This document shows positions 10,819 to 21,248 of a stretch of DNA of 64,000 nucleotides, in pieces; position 1 is the first letter of the stretch; each line of letters starts with the position of its first letter. The translations under genes were made by a program, and so were the position numbers. The DNA comes from an uncultured delta proteobacterium. Lineage in GTDB: Bacteria; Myxococcota_A; Polyangia; Fen-1088. The notes beneath the pieces are model-generated. The model did no database searches. It was not told where the DNA came from and was given only the letters and a program-made list of their open reading frames with translations. The stretch covers positions 32,001 to 96,000 of the forward strand of contig CAVTRY010000015.1 in NCBI GenBank assembly GCA_963737265.1. The letters run 5' to 3'.

Positions 10819-12060
10819 GACGAACTGTCCGTGCCCGCCCTGGATTGCAGTCCCTGATACAGGCAGAGTGCCCGGGTAAGACGCCCCCGCCACGTCGCTG
10901 CTGAGCGTGTTGCTCGGCCAGGGCCCGTCGAGCGAGGCGTTCCCGCCAAGGATGCAGCTCGCGTCCGCGCACTGGTCGAGCTTCCAGGCCACGCCGCTGA
11001 TGTTGTTCTGCGACATCCACGCGAACCAGAGGTTGGCCTCGTCCGCGCAGACGTAGTTGTGATTTTGGGCGAGTCCCCCGTCGGAGAAGGTGGCGCCGAA
11101 TTCGGTCACGAACAGGGCGATGCCACCCGCGATGGCCTTGTCGCCCAGGCTGCGGAACGATTGTCCGTGTGTGCACGAATACCAGTGCAGGGTGTAGAGC
11201 AAGTTGGTGCCAACCACCGGATCCGCGGCCGCCTGATCGACCCGCTGAGACCATTGCGGCGTACCTAGGACCATCAGATTGTCCGAACCCGCGGCGCGAA
11301 CCGCGTCGACCACTGCCTGGTGATAGGCCTTGATCTGCGGCCAGGTGGGGCCGGCCGGTTCGTTGTACGGCTCCCAGATTACATTCGGGTAGGCACCGTA
11401 CTTGGTCGCCATTTCGGTGAAGAAAGCGACGGCGGCCGTCTGCTGATTCACCTGCGGATCCGCCGCCGCCGCCACCTCGGTGTGCCAGTCGACCAGCACG
11501 TAGACGCCGAGCTCGATGGCGTTTTGGATCACGGCCTCGACCTTACTGTTCATGCCGACGGGATCGGTCAGATATCCCCCCGATTGCTCGGTGCCCATGG
11601 ACGCGCGAATCACCGAGAGATTCCAGTGGTCGCGCATGTACTTGAGTGCATTCTTGCTTTCGGCGAAGGGCAGGCTCTCCCACGCGAGCCACATGCTGCT
11701 GGCGCCCTTGAGCTGGAAGGGCGTTCCATTCTGGTCCACGAGCTGGCTGCGCACGATCGGACTTGCCGCATCGGCGGCCGGACTTCCGCCGTCTACCGCC
11801 GGAGTTCCGCCGTCCGCCGCCGGACCTTCCCCGCCAGCGAGAGGATTTTCGCCTGCATCGACCGTCGGAGTGGTCACCACCGTCGCGACCACGCTCAGCC
11901 GACCATGGATAGCCACCGGAGATCCTACCGGAGCGCTTCCCGCATCGGGGCCCTGCCAGTTATCCGAGGGATTATCCGAGGAAGGAGTGCTGGCGCACCC
12001 GATGGACAAGCAGAGCGCTGCGGAAACGACTAAAGACATCGAACTACTACGACTTCGCAT
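10798..12060 (-). CDS. Glycoside hydrolase family 5 (cellulase-like) lipoprotein
   Basis: Lipobox SIGC; VLVDWH, WEPYNEP acid/base, YTLHWY, FVTEFG nucleophile. Confidence 0.9.
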   Translation of the reverse strand: MRSRSSSMSLVVSAALCLSIGCASTPSSDNPSDNWQGPDAGSAPVGSPVAIHGRLSVVATVVTTPTVDAGENPLAGGEGPAADGGTPAVDGGSPAADAASPIVRSQLVDQNGTPFQLKGASSMWLAWESLPFAESKNALKYMRDHWNLSVIRASMGTEQSGGYLTDPVGMNSKVEAVIQNAIELGVYVLVDWHTEVAAAADPQVNQQTAAVAFFTEMATKYGAYPNVIWEPYNEPAGPTWPQIKAYHQAVVDAVRAAGSDNLMVLGTPQWSQRVDQAAADPVVGTNLLYTLHWYSCTHGQSFRSLGDKAIAGGIALFVTEFGATFSDGGLAQNHNYVCADEANLWFAWMSQNNISGVAWKLDQCADASCILGGNASLDGPWPSNTLSSDVAGASYPGTLPVSGTAIQGGHGQFVVNWMGQ

Positions 12061-12445
12061 CACGATCCTCTCGGGTTGTGTTCGAAAAAATGGACTGCCC
12101 CGGAGTACGCAGGGACTTGGCGGAAGAACCCGGATAGAAGGCAAAATGGGCATGCGCACCGACGCAAAATTCCGATGTAGCCAGCGCCGACAGTCGGTGC
12201 GGCGTAGGTGCGTCGAGCAGGATCCATTCCGGCCCCTGGCCCCGTTTCGCCGCGCACCCGAGCCACACCCATGTGGTGCGCACATACGTATGAATGGTCG
12301 GCAGTAGTGCGGCCGATCTTGAGGCCCGCTTCCACGGACGCACCGAATCGGCCATGATGGTCTCGTCCTTGGAATCTCGCGTCCAATTCCAGAATCGCCG
12401 GATTGCCTTCGCCGAATATGGCGATCCGGTCGGCCTCCGCTTTCT

Positions 12446-13253
12446 CTAGCCCGCGCGTTCTTCGAGAAAGCCGAGCACTCTCTCGACAAACATTCCCGGC
12501 CCCGTGGACATAGCGGCGTGGCCCTGCCCGTGCAGTTCTTCGATGCGGCTGCCTGCCACGGCGGCGCTGGCCATCTTGGTTGCAGCGTGCATGTAGTCGG
12601 GGCTGATGCTGCCGACGAGGAAGAGCGTGGGCACACGGACATGGGCGAAGGTCTCGGCGGCAAAGCGGTAGGTGTTGGCGATGCCGACTTCGCGCGGGAT
12701 GGTGGGCGCGGCCTGCACGCGCACGGGCCAGCTCGACGAACGGCGCAGGCGCTCGAACGTCGCTGTCGTCCAGCCGAATCACCTCGCGCAGAAAGCCCTC
12801 GACCACGGCTTCGTGCTTGCCGGCGGCGAGCAGGGCCTGCAGGCGGTGCGCGAGATCGGCGGCGAAGATCAAGCCCCGACCGGGCAACGGCAAGGGCGGC
12901 TCGTAGAGAACCATTTTGGCGATGCGGGTGGTAAGGCGCGAAGCCTCCAGCGAGCAGATGGCGCCGTAGGAGTGGGCCAGGACGCACGCAGGTTCCGGCG
13001 TCGCATCGAGTACGGCGGCCACGTCCTCGAATTCCCTTTCGATGGCATACGCGGGACCATCGCCACTTTTGCCGCGTCCGCGCCTGTCGACCAGGTACAG
13101 CGAAAAGCGCTCGGCCAGCCTAGTCACGATGGTGCCCCAGCGGGTGTGATCGAGGGTGGTACCGTGCACCATCACGAGCGGCTGCCCGTGGCCCCGCCGT
13201 TCGAAGGCGATGCGGGTTCCGTCCTTGGATTTGACCGTTTCGATGAGGCGCAT
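12446..13253 (-). CDS. Alpha/beta hydrolase, +1 frameshift near 12756
   Basis: SKDGTRIA, VHG, DRRGRGKS and AHSYG nucleophile in one frame; GQGH catalytic His in ORF 12446-12724. Confidence 0.8.
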
Positions 13254-13635
13254 GCGAATCTAGCAGCCCGTGGTGAAAGTCGGACCGAGCCGTTCGGAGT
13301 GGATCTGGGCCGGATGCAAGGAGCAGCGAAGCGCTGAATACTAGAGGTATTCAAGCGAACGGCGACGCAGCAGACGGCCCAAATCCGCCCGAACGGCGAC
13401 GTGGAGACTTTTACCACGGGCTGCTAGATGGCGTGCTAAGTACAGCTTCCCGCAATTTCGTGCCCATCTGGTCGCGGATCCATCCCGCCGGGCCGCGTTT
13501 CTCGTCGTCGTAATACGTCGGGTATTCCTCCTCCTCGCGCCTCGCCAGCCGGGCGCCTCGGCCGCCTCGGCACCCGACTCGTGGCATCTACTCTCTGACG
13601 AGCGCTAAGGTAGCGCGCGTTTACGTCCATGATCC
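13233..13635 (+). repeat. Left, interrupted copy of junction duplication 2 (pieces 13233-13257, 13429-13440, 13604-13635)
   Basis: GACCGTTTCGATGAGGCGCATGCGA, TGGCGTGCTAAG and GCTAAGGT..TTACGTCC.ATGATCC recur contiguously at 22617-22687. Confidence 0.75.
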
Positions 13636-13648
13636 GCCACGGAGATAT

Positions 13649-14659
13649 CTATTCCGAAATCCGCACCAACTGCTTGCCCCGATTCTCGCCCGAGAACAGC
13701 CTAGCCAGGGCGGCCGGCGCATTTTCGAAGCCCTGAACCACATCGACGCGATCCTTGATCCGACCCTCGGCAAACCACGCCGCTAGCGCAGCGGTTGCTT
13801 CGTTGGCGCGGGTCATGTAGTCCGTGACCACGAAGCCCTCCATCCGACCTCTGCGAGTGAGGAGACGAAGATAGGCCTTGGGCCCAGGCGCTGGTGCATC
13901 TAGGTTGTAGGTAGAGATGGCGCCACAGATCACGATCCGGCCGCGCATGGCGAGGTTGCCTAAAGCCGCGTCGAGAGCGGCGCCGCCGACGTTGTCGAAA
14001 AACACGTCGACACCCTTTGGACAGGTCAGGCGCAGGCGGGTGAGCAGGTTCTCATTCTTGTAGTCGATGGCGGCGTCGAAGCCTAGCTCGTCGGTGAGGT
14101 AGCGACACTTTTCGGCGGACCCGGCGAGGCCCACGACACGGCAGCCCAGAAGCTTGGCGATCTGGCCAACCACCGAGCCGGTCGCCCCGGCGGCGCCCGA
14201 CACCAGCACGGTCTCTCCCGCCTTGGCCTGGCCGATGTCGAGTAAACCAAAATAGGCGGTCATGCCGGTGAGGCCGAGCACGCTCATGCCGTTTTCCAGG
14301 GGAATTCCATCGGGGATGGCATTCATGAACGTGGTCTGCCCAGGCCGAACGCAGGCGTAGTCCTGCCAGCCGAAAATCCCCTGTACGCGTTGACCCACGG
14401 GAAAACCCGGGTCGAGGGAGCGGACGACCTCGCCTCCGGCAATGCCGCGCATGACCTCGCCAATGGGCACCGCCGGCAGGTATGTGTCATAGGCCATCCA
14501 GCCGCGCTGGGTGGGGTCGCAGGATAGAAGATCAATGCGTACGAGGACTTCCCCGTCGGCGACTTCGGGGATAGGGGACTCGGTAAGTCGGAAATCGGCG
14601 GGGCATACCAATCCATTGGGCCGCCGGGAAAGTCGCCATTGTCGGTTCGTAATTCGCAT
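13649..14659 (-). CDS. NADP-dependent oxidoreductase (MDR; prostaglandin/alkenal reductase, CurA-like)
   Basis: SCDPTQRGWM, GMTAYFGL, SGAAGATGS, FFDNVGG, CGAIS, GENRGK. Confidence 0.9.
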   Translation of the reverse strand: MRITNRQWRLSRRPNGLVCPADFRLTESPIPEVADGEVLVRIDLLSCDPTQRGWMAYDTYLPAVPIGEVMRGIAGGEVVRSLDPGFPVGQRVQGIFGWQDYACVRPGQTTFMNAIPDGIPLENGMSVLGLTGMTAYFGLLDIGQAKAGETVLVSGAAGATGSVVGQIAKLLGCRVVGLAGSAEKCRYLTDELGFDAAIDYKNENLLTRLRLTCPKGVDVFFDNVGGAALDAALGNLAMRGRIVICGAISTYNLDAPAPGPKAYLRLLTRRGRMEGFVVTDYMTRANEATAALAAWFAEGRIKDRVDVVQGFENAPAALARLFSGENRGKQLVRISE

Positions 14660-14716
14660 CGATTTTTCCTGAATCGCTCAAGCGGGCCCGCACATCCAGC
14701 GGGGCGAGAGTCAATC

Positions 14717-14825
14717 TAGCCAGGCGGAGTTTGCTGGCCACACTTGCCTTTCCCGTAGTCGAATGCAATAATCAGTTTAGCCGAGTGGAGTTTGCTTGGC
14801 CACTTTGCCTTTTTTCTAATCGAAT
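14717..14825. repeat. Imperfect ~48-bp tandem repeat (61-bp period) in the divergent promoter region of the cluster
   Basis: TAGCC..GGAGTTTGC(T)TGGCCAC..TTGCCTTT..TA.TCGAAT at 14717-14764 and 14778-14825. Confidence 0.7.
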
Positions 14826-14833
14826 AGACCTTC

Positions 14834-15994
14834 ATGACAGAATCAAACGGTTTCGACCTCAGCCCCGCCCAACGCGAGCGCGTGGATGCGGTCCTTCGCT
14901 TCGCTCGAAGTCGCCTTTCACCGGGTGCTCGCGAACGAGAAGCCAAGAGTGTATTCGAACGAGGTCTGTGGACCGAGGCTGCCGACTTTGGCTTGACCGG
15001 ATTGCCCGTCCCCGAGGAATGGGGTGGGGGCGGCCTGGACGCCGTGGACACGATGTTGGTGATTGAGGCCCTGGGCCGCGGCTGCGAAGACGGTGGCCTG
15101 GTGTTCTCGCTTTGTGCGCACATGTTCGCTTCGGTGGTGCCCATTTGGCGATCTGGTGCGAAGGAGCTGCACGAACGCTATCTGAGCGATCTGGCGGCGG
15201 GGAAAATCATTTGCGCCAACGGTACCAGCGAGCCCGAGGCCGGCTCGGATGTGCACGCCATGAAGGCCACTGCCCGTCGCGACGGCAATGGCTATGTCCT
15301 CGATGGCACCAAGTGTTTCATCACCAACGCGCCGGTTGCCGACCTATTTTTGATCTACGCAAAGACCAACCCAGCAGCCGGATTCATGGGGATTTCCGCC
15401 TTTCTCGTTCCGCGGGCAAGCCAAGGTCTTCGCGTCGTTCCCGAACATGGCAAGAACGGCCTGCGCACATCGCCGTGGGGCACGATCTACCTTGAGGAAT
15501 GCCGCGTGCGCGAGGGCGACCGGATGGGTCCCGAGGGCTGCGGGGCTGCCCTGTTCGGTGAGTCGATGGTGTGGGAGCGTTGCTGCCTGTTCGCCTACTA
15601 CGTCGGCGCCATGGCGCGCAGCCTCGACCAATGCATCGATCATGTGCGCTCGCGCCAGCAATTCGGTCATCGCATCGCCAGCTACCAGTCCGTCGCGAAC
15701 CGCATCGTGGACATGAAGCTGCGGCTCGAAACGAGTCGCCTCCTGCTTTACCGTGCCGGCGAGCTGCACCGCCTGGGCAGGCGCTGCGACGAAGCCGTGG
15801 CCATGTGCAAGTTGTGGATCTCCGAGGCGGCCGTTCAGTCGGGGTTGGACGCCATCCAGATCTTCGGCGGCTCGGGCGTGGTGACCGATACGGGGGTCGA
15901 CGCGCTGCTGCGCGATGCCGTGCCGGCGCAGATCTTCTCGGGCACCTCGGAGATGCAGCGGATGATTATCGCGCGAGCGCTGGGCGTCTTCTGA
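14834..15994 (+). CDS. Acyl-CoA dehydrogenase family; probable L-prolyl-S-PCP dehydrogenase (PltE/RedW/PigA-like)
   Basis: SEPEAGSD, GTKCFITNAP, RQQFG, QIFGGSG, IFSGTSEMQR; translationally coupled to a Pro-type A domain. Confidence 0.8.
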   Translation: MTESNGFDLSPAQRERVDAVLRFARSRLSPGAREREAKSVFERGLWTEAADFGLTGLPVPEEWGGGGLDAVDTMLVIEALGRGCEDGGLVFSLCAHMFASVVPIWRSGAKELHERYLSDLAAGKIICANGTSEPEAGSDVHAMKATARRDGNGYVLDGTKCFITNAPVADLFLIYAKTNPAAGFMGISAFLVPRASQGLRVVPEHGKNGLRTSPWGTIYLEECRVREGDRMGPEGCGAALFGESMVWERCCLFAYYVGAMARSLDQCIDHVRSRQQFGHRIASYQSVANRIVDMKLRLETSRLLLYRAGELHRLGRRCDEAVAMCKLWISEAAVQSGLDAIQIFGGSGVVTDTGVDALLRDAVPAQIFSGTSEMQRMIIARALGVF

Positions 15995-17574
15995 TGCCCA
16001 CAGAGACGCGCATAGATCGGTTGGTCGCGCCGATTGCCAAGCTTGCGCCCGATCGCATCGCCGTCGACGGTGTGGGCGAGGCTCTGAGTTATCGCGACCT
16101 CGATGCCTTGGCCAACCGCTTCGCTCGACTTTTCCGCCGCATGGGCGTGGTCCCTGGCGACCGGGTGGGCGTGCATGTGCCGCGCTCGGGTCGCACGGTG
16201 GCCGCCATGCTCGGCGCTTCGCGCGCCGGCGCGGTGTACGTGCCACTCGATCCGAGTTCGCCGCCAGCGCGCATGAAGGTTATCGCCAACGACTGCGGAC
16301 TGGCCCACGTCGTGATCACGCCGGCGCTGCTGGACAACTGGTTGGCCGCGGGTGTGAGCGCGCCGATCCGCCATTTTTTTCTGGCAGCCGATGGGCCGGT
16401 GCCTGCGTTGCCCGCTGGTATCGCCGTTCATCCGTGGTCGGAAGTCATGGCCGAGGATAACGGTCCCGTGGTGGCACCCTCTGACTCGCCCGACGACCTG
16501 GCCTATCTGCTTTACACCTCGGGTTCGACTGGGACGCCCAAGGGCGTGATGATCTCCCATCGCAACGCGCTCGCCTTTTCCGAATGGGCCGCCGAACAGA
16601 TAGCGCTGTCGGCTGACGACCGGGTGGCCTCCGTCGCGCCCTTTCACTTCGATCTGTCGGTCTTCGATCTGTGGGCCTCGCTGTCGCGCGGATCGACCAT
16701 CGTGATCGTGGACGAAAGCATGGTGCTTTCGGGCGCGCGCATGCTTGACCGGATTCGCGAGAAATCCATCACCGTGTGGTACTCGGTGCCGACGGCGCTG
16801 GTGCTGATGCTCGAAAGCGGCGGGCTGGCAGCACGAGGCGCGCCGTCGCTACGCGTGGTCTTCTTCGCGGGCGAGGTGTTTCCCGCACGCCACTTGCGGC
16901 GGACCATGGCGGCGCTGCCCGAGGCCCGGTTCTTCAATCTCTTTGGTCCCACGGAGACCAACGTCTGTCTAGCCCACGAGGTGACGCGCAGCCCAGTCCA
17001 GCACGGCGATGTTATTCCCATCGGCCGCCCAAGTTGCGGAAACAGCGTATGGATCGTCGACGAGCATGGTCAACCCGCACCCGATGGCACGGTCGGCGAA
17101 CTTCTTGTGGACGGCCCCACCGTCATGCTCGGCTATTGGGCCGCGGGCCAGCGAACGCGGGCGCCGCGGCCTTACCCAACCGGCGATTTCGTGGCTCGGC
17201 GTCCTGATGGTGAAATCATGTATCGCGGCAGGCGCGACCACATGGTCAAGGTGCGTGGCTTTCGCATCGAATTGGCCGAGGTCGAGGCGGCGCTTCTTCG
17301 TCACGAAGGGATTCGCGAAGCCATCGCCATGGCCATCGAAGGTCAGTTGGTCGCGGTGGTGCAACCCTCCGACTCCCAGCTTTCGGTGTTGGCCATCAAA
17401 CGCCATGCCGCCACCCACCTGCCTCCGTACATGATCCCCACCGACATCCGCCTGGTGGCCGAAGTTCCCCGCACATCGAGCGGGAAGGCCGATCGCGTGC
17501 GACTAAGAAACGCCGTGGTAGGGGGCGACATCCTTGTATTGAGGCCGTTCGGTCAATCCGCCAATGGGAGTTGA
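15994..17574 (+). CDS. Stand-alone adenylation enzyme; probable L-proline:PCP ligase (PltF/RedM/PigI-like)
   Basis: YTSGSTGTPKG, FHFDLSVF, WYSVP, FAGE, NLFGPTETNVC, TGD, SGKADR; pocket read by eye as about DLFYFALVCK. Confidence 0.8.
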   Translation: MPTETRIDRLVAPIAKLAPDRIAVDGVGEALSYRDLDALANRFARLFRRMGVVPGDRVGVHVPRSGRTVAAMLGASRAGAVYVPLDPSSPPARMKVIANDCGLAHVVITPALLDNWLAAGVSAPIRHFFLAADGPVPALPAGIAVHPWSEVMAEDNGPVVAPSDSPDDLAYLLYTSGSTGTPKGVMISHRNALAFSEWAAEQIALSADDRVASVAPFHFDLSVFDLWASLSRGSTIVIVDESMVLSGARMLDRIREKSITVWYSVPTALVLMLESGGLAARGAPSLRVVFFAGEVFPARHLRRTMAALPEARFFNLFGPTETNVCLAHEVTRSPVQHGDVIPIGRPSCGNSVWIVDEHGQPAPDGTVGELLVDGPTVMLGYWAAGQRTRAPRPYPTGDFVARRPDGEIMYRGRRDHMVKVRGFRIELAEVEAALLRHEGIREAIAMAIEGQLVAVVQPSDSQLSVLAIKRHAATHLPPYMIPTDIRLVAEVPRTSSGKADRVRLRNAVVGGDILVLRPFGQSANGS

Positions 17575-17587
17575 TAAGGAGTTAGCA

Positions 17588-17839
17588 ATGGAAGAACGCA
17601 TACACAAGACTATCCGCGACTATGTCGTCAGCACCTGGCTGTCCGGCGACGAGCGCGGCTTCGACGACAATACTGACCTATTGCAAGCCGGCATTCTGGA
17701 CTCGTTTAGTACCCTAAACATTGCGGCGTTTCTCGACGAGAGTTTCAAAACGCAGCTCGAACCTTCAGAGATTAATCCACAGAACTTTCGAAGCGTGGCG
17801 AGCCTAGCCGCGATCGTGATGGCCAAGTCGAACAGCTAA
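17588..17839 (+). CDS. Peptidyl/pyrrolyl carrier protein (PltL/PigG-like)
   Basis: GILDS phosphopantetheine site, C-terminal NFRSV; AAGGAG RBS. Confidence 0.8.
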   Translation: MEERIHKTIRDYVVSTWLSGDERGFDDNTDLLQAGILDSFSTLNIAAFLDESFKTQLEPSEINPQNFRSVASLAAIVMAKSNS

Positions 17840-17855
17840 TCAGGAGGAAATTACC

Positions 17856-18080
17856 ATGGAAGACACCCTTAGAACCGTCGTAGCCAAGATTGCCGAGATT
17901 ACCCCAGACTTCGAGGCCGATGCCGGACTGCGTGACGACCTTGGCGTGGACTCGGTTCGCGCGCTCGAGCTTATTTTCGAGATCGAAAGGACCCTGGCCG
18001 TCAAGGTGCCGGACAATCGCTATGGGCGAGTGCGAACGTTCAAAGACTTGGTCGCCCTCGTGAGCGATCTCAAGAACTGA
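17856..18080 (+). CDS. Acyl carrier protein
   Basis: LGVDS phosphopantetheine motif, 74 aa, AGGAGG RBS. Confidence 0.9.
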   Translation: MEDTLRTVVAKIAEITPDFEADAGLRDDLGVDSVRALELIFEIERTLAVKVPDNRYGRVRTFKDLVALVSDLKN

Positions 18081-18090
18081 GATTTTCCAC

Positions 18091-19317
18091 GTGTCCTCGC
18101 GACGGAATGTCGTCATCACGGGCTGCGGCGTGGTGAGCGCGGCCGGCAACGACCTCGAGGGCTTCTGGAACGCCCTCATGGCCGGGGCCACTCTCATCGC
18201 TCCGCTCAAGAACTACTCGGCGCCCGAGCTGGATATTCTCTGGGGCGGTGAGGCGACTCTCGACGGTGAGGACGCGATACCAACCGGTGAGGCGACCATG
18301 GCTCGCCGTGAGCGCTGCGATCTGCTGGCCCTGGCTGCGTGCCGCCGTGCCCTGGACCACGCGGGGCTTTGGGGGAACGCGGAGAAGCTGGCGGATACGG
18401 GCGTGGTCATGGGTACGACCGTCGGCGAGGAGCGCCAGGTGGGCGAACTCAGCGAGCGCTGGCCCGCCGAGGGTACGGATGCTCTGGACGCTGGATTTTT
18501 CGACCGGGTGGACAACCACCGACTGGCGGCGTCGCTTGCCACTCGCTTCGGCATGGGTGGTCCCGTGCTTCTCAATGCAACGGCGTGTAGCTCGGGCAAC
18601 GCGGCCGTGGCTTGGGCCTTCGATCTGGTGGCGGGCGGCCAATGCGACGTGGTGGTCGCGGGCGGAGCCGATACTTTCACGCGGCTGCTCTACAACGGCT
18701 TTTCGCGCATGAGTGCCCTATCCAAGGGCGCGTGCAAACCGTTCGATAAGCATCGCGATGGGGTGTCCTTCGGCGAAGGGGCGGGTGTCGTGGTGGTAGA
18801 GTCGCTCGATCATGCGCGCACTCGCGGCGCCCGGGTGCTGGCCGAAATTGGAGGTTATGGCATCAGCAATGACGCCCATCACGTCACCGCGCCCGAACCC
18901 AATGGGGCGGGCTATGTTCGCGCCATTCGGCAAGCGCTTGCGACCAGCGCCACCAATCCGGCGCGCGTGGGTTACATCAGTGCTCACGGCACAGGTACGC
19001 CGTACAATGACCAGGGCGAAGTGCGGGCCATCAAGGCCGTGTTTGGCGACCGAGCGAACGCCATTCCCATCAGTTCGATCAAATCGATTATCGGGCACAC
19101 CAACGGAGCCGCCGGAGCCATCGCCACCATCGCGTGCGTCCTTGCGCTTGCTCATCAGAGGGTTCCACCCACCGCCGGCCTGGTCGAGCCAGACCCCGAG
19201 TTCGGCCTCGACTTCGTGGTTGGGGCGGGACGTCCGGTGACGCTTGATACATGCCTTAACCTTTCGGCCGGCTTTGGCGGCATGAATGCCTGCCTCTTGC
19301 TGGCGAGGGCGCCATGA
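18091..19317 (+). CDS. Type II beta-ketoacyl synthase (FabF/KS-alpha-like, catalytically intact)
   Basis: TACSSG, HGTGT and GHT give the Cys-His-His triad. Confidence 0.9.
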   Translation: MSSRRNVVITGCGVVSAAGNDLEGFWNALMAGATLIAPLKNYSAPELDILWGGEATLDGEDAIPTGEATMARRERCDLLALAACRRALDHAGLWGNAEKLADTGVVMGTTVGEERQVGELSERWPAEGTDALDAGFFDRVDNHRLAASLATRFGMGGPVLLNATACSSGNAAVAWAFDLVAGGQCDVVVAGGADTFTRLLYNGFSRMSALSKGACKPFDKHRDGVSFGEGAGVVVVESLDHARTRGARVLAEIGGYGISNDAHHVTAPEPNGAGYVRAIRQALATSATNPARVGYISAHGTGTPYNDQGEVRAIKAVFGDRANAIPISSIKSIIGHTNGAAGAIATIACVLALAHQRVPPTAGLVEPDPEFGLDFVVGAGRPVTLDTCLNLSAGFGGMNACLLLARAP

Positions 19318-20501
19318 CCCGGCCGTCGCCAGTTGCCATCACCGGCGCGGCCGTCATCACACCGCTCGGCGACAGTCCGGCGGCTTTGGCCCGAGCGCTG
19401 CTGGAGGGACAATCCAAAATCGCGCCCATGACCAATTTTCCAGGTGTGTGGGCTTCTCGTCTGGAGGACTTCGACGCCACTCGCTACGCCAACGTACGCG
19501 GCATGCGGGTCTACAACCGGGCCTCGCGCATGGGCATTGCGGCCACCCGCCTCGCTCTCGTGGACGCGGGGCTAGAAAATGCGGGTCTTTCCGGCGACGA
19601 ACTGGGCATCGTGACCGCTTCGTCCTTCGGTCATCTCGATACCTTGATTGAATATGACCGGAGTCTCGTCGGGCAAGGGCCTTCGCGCACCAATCCTGCG
19701 CTCATGCCGCTGGCCATTCCCAGCGCGCCTGGCGCAGTCATTGCTCTGTCATTCGCGGCCAAGGCGTTTTCCATTACGCTGGCAGCTGGGGGCGCAAGTT
19801 CGCTCGATGCCCTGGGACTTGGCGCGCGTCTCATCCGCGATGGGCGCGCACGTGTTTGTGTGGTGGTATCGGCGTTTTCGCTTACCGACGAATTCTTGTT
19901 GTCGGCGGCGCGCGCGTCGGTGCTCGCTCCTCTAGATGGATTTCGGCCTCTCGACATCGCCAGCCGAGGTACCGCGTTCGGCGAAGCGGCGGCGGCCGTG
20001 GTTCTCGAATCCGTGCAGACCGCGCAGTCCCGCGGCCGGCGAGCGCGTGGTCTTGTGCGCGGCCAATCTTCCCGCTTTGCTCCCACTAGAAACCTGCTAC
20101 CGGCGGCTCTCGTTCGCGCCGCGACCGGCGCCTTGGCGAACGCGGGAATCACACCCGAGGAACTAGCTCTGGTTAGTACCGGCGCCAACGGCGTGCCCGA
20201 GGATGACCGGGCCTTGGCGGCAGGCCTCGGCGACGTCGTCGGTAAGTCCGCCACGCCGGTCGCCGCGTTCAAATCGATGCTCGGCGAGACCGTCGAGTGC
20301 GCGGGGCTCCTGCACACGATTGTTGCGCTGGAATTCTTGAGCGCAGGCCGTGCCGCGGGCATCGCGCGTTTGGCCACGCCCATCCTTCCAGGGCTTGCCT
20401 ACCTGACTCAGTCGTCCGTGTTGAGCGGCCCCCACGCGCTCGTCACCGCCAGCTCGCGCACCGGCGCCGTGTCGGCCTTGGTGGTATCCGCGCATGACTA
20501 A
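19314..20501 (+). CDS. Non-catalytic ketosynthase partner (chain-length-factor-like)
   Basis: KS fold ([18 protein letters not shown]) with the triad replaced (GGASS, GANG, GET); ATGA-coupled to the KS. Confidence 0.8.
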   Translation: MTRPSPVAITGAAVITPLGDSPAALARALLEGQSKIAPMTNFPGVWASRLEDFDATRYANVRGMRVYNRASRMGIAATRLALVDAGLENAGLSGDELGIVTASSFGHLDTLIEYDRSLVGQGPSRTNPALMPLAIPSAPGAVIALSFAAKAFSITLAAGGASSLDALGLGARLIRDGRARVCVVVSAFSLTDEFLLSAARASVLAPLDGFRPLDIASRGTAFGEAAAAVVLESVQTAQSRGRRARGLVRGQSSRFAPTRNLLPAALVRAATGALANAGITPEELALVSTGANGVPEDDRALAAGLGDVVGKSATPVAAFKSMLGETVECAGLLHTIVALEFLSAGRAAGIARLATPILPGLAYLTQSSVLSGPHALVTASSRTGAVSALVVSAHD

Positions 20502-21242
20502 TGCCGATTCCAACGAAAGACGCGTTGCCATTGTGACCGGCGGATCGCGCGGCATCGGACGTGCCATCGTTGAGCATCTGGCGCGGTCTGGCGTCGATGT
20601 CACCTTTACCTATGTCAGCAACGAAGCCGCGGCCAACGCGGTATCCGAAATGTCGGGTTCGCTCGTGCGCGCCGTGCGCGTGGATGCCCGCGACGCCAGC
20701 GCGTGCGCACATCCTTCGTCGAACGGGTCATTGCCGAGCACGGTTGTGTCGACTTACTCGTCAACAACGCCGCGGTGATTCGCGATCGTTTATTGGCCAT
20801 GATGACCCTTCCCGACTGGTCGGTCGTTCTCGAAACCAGTCTCAATGGGCTTTTCGGCACGACCCAACCCGTGGCCAAGCAAATGATGCGCCAGCGTCGG
20901 GGCCGCATCGTCAACCTGACCTCGGTTTCGGGTGTGACAGGGATTGTCGGACAGACGAACTATTGCGCGGCCAAGGCCGCGATTATCGGGTTCACACGAT
21001 CTTTAGCTAAGGAGCTGGCGCCAGTCGGTGTCGTGGTGAATGCAGTGGCGCCGGGCTTCGTGGACACCGATATGCTGGCCGGCTTCTCCGAAGAACAGCG
21101 CGCGAACGCTATGGCTCGCGTGCCCATGCGGCGCTTTGCCACAGCGGACGAGATCGCCGAACTGGTGGGCTACCTTGGCCTTCAAGCCCCGAGCTATCTG
21201 ACCGGCCAAACCCTGATCATCGACGGAGGGCTAACAGCGTAG
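20494..21242 (+). CDS. 3-oxoacyl-ACP reductase (FabG-like SDR), frameshift near 20710
   Basis: TGGSRGIG in ORF 20494-20778; NNAAV, YCAAK and VAPGFVDT in ORF 20703-21242. Confidence 0.85.
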
Positions 21243-21248
21243 CTTCAT

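Noticed and set aside
12446-13253. Alpha/beta hydrolase as the cluster's thioesterase
   Set aside because: It lies outside the duplicated island boundary and appears to be the pre-existing flanking gene
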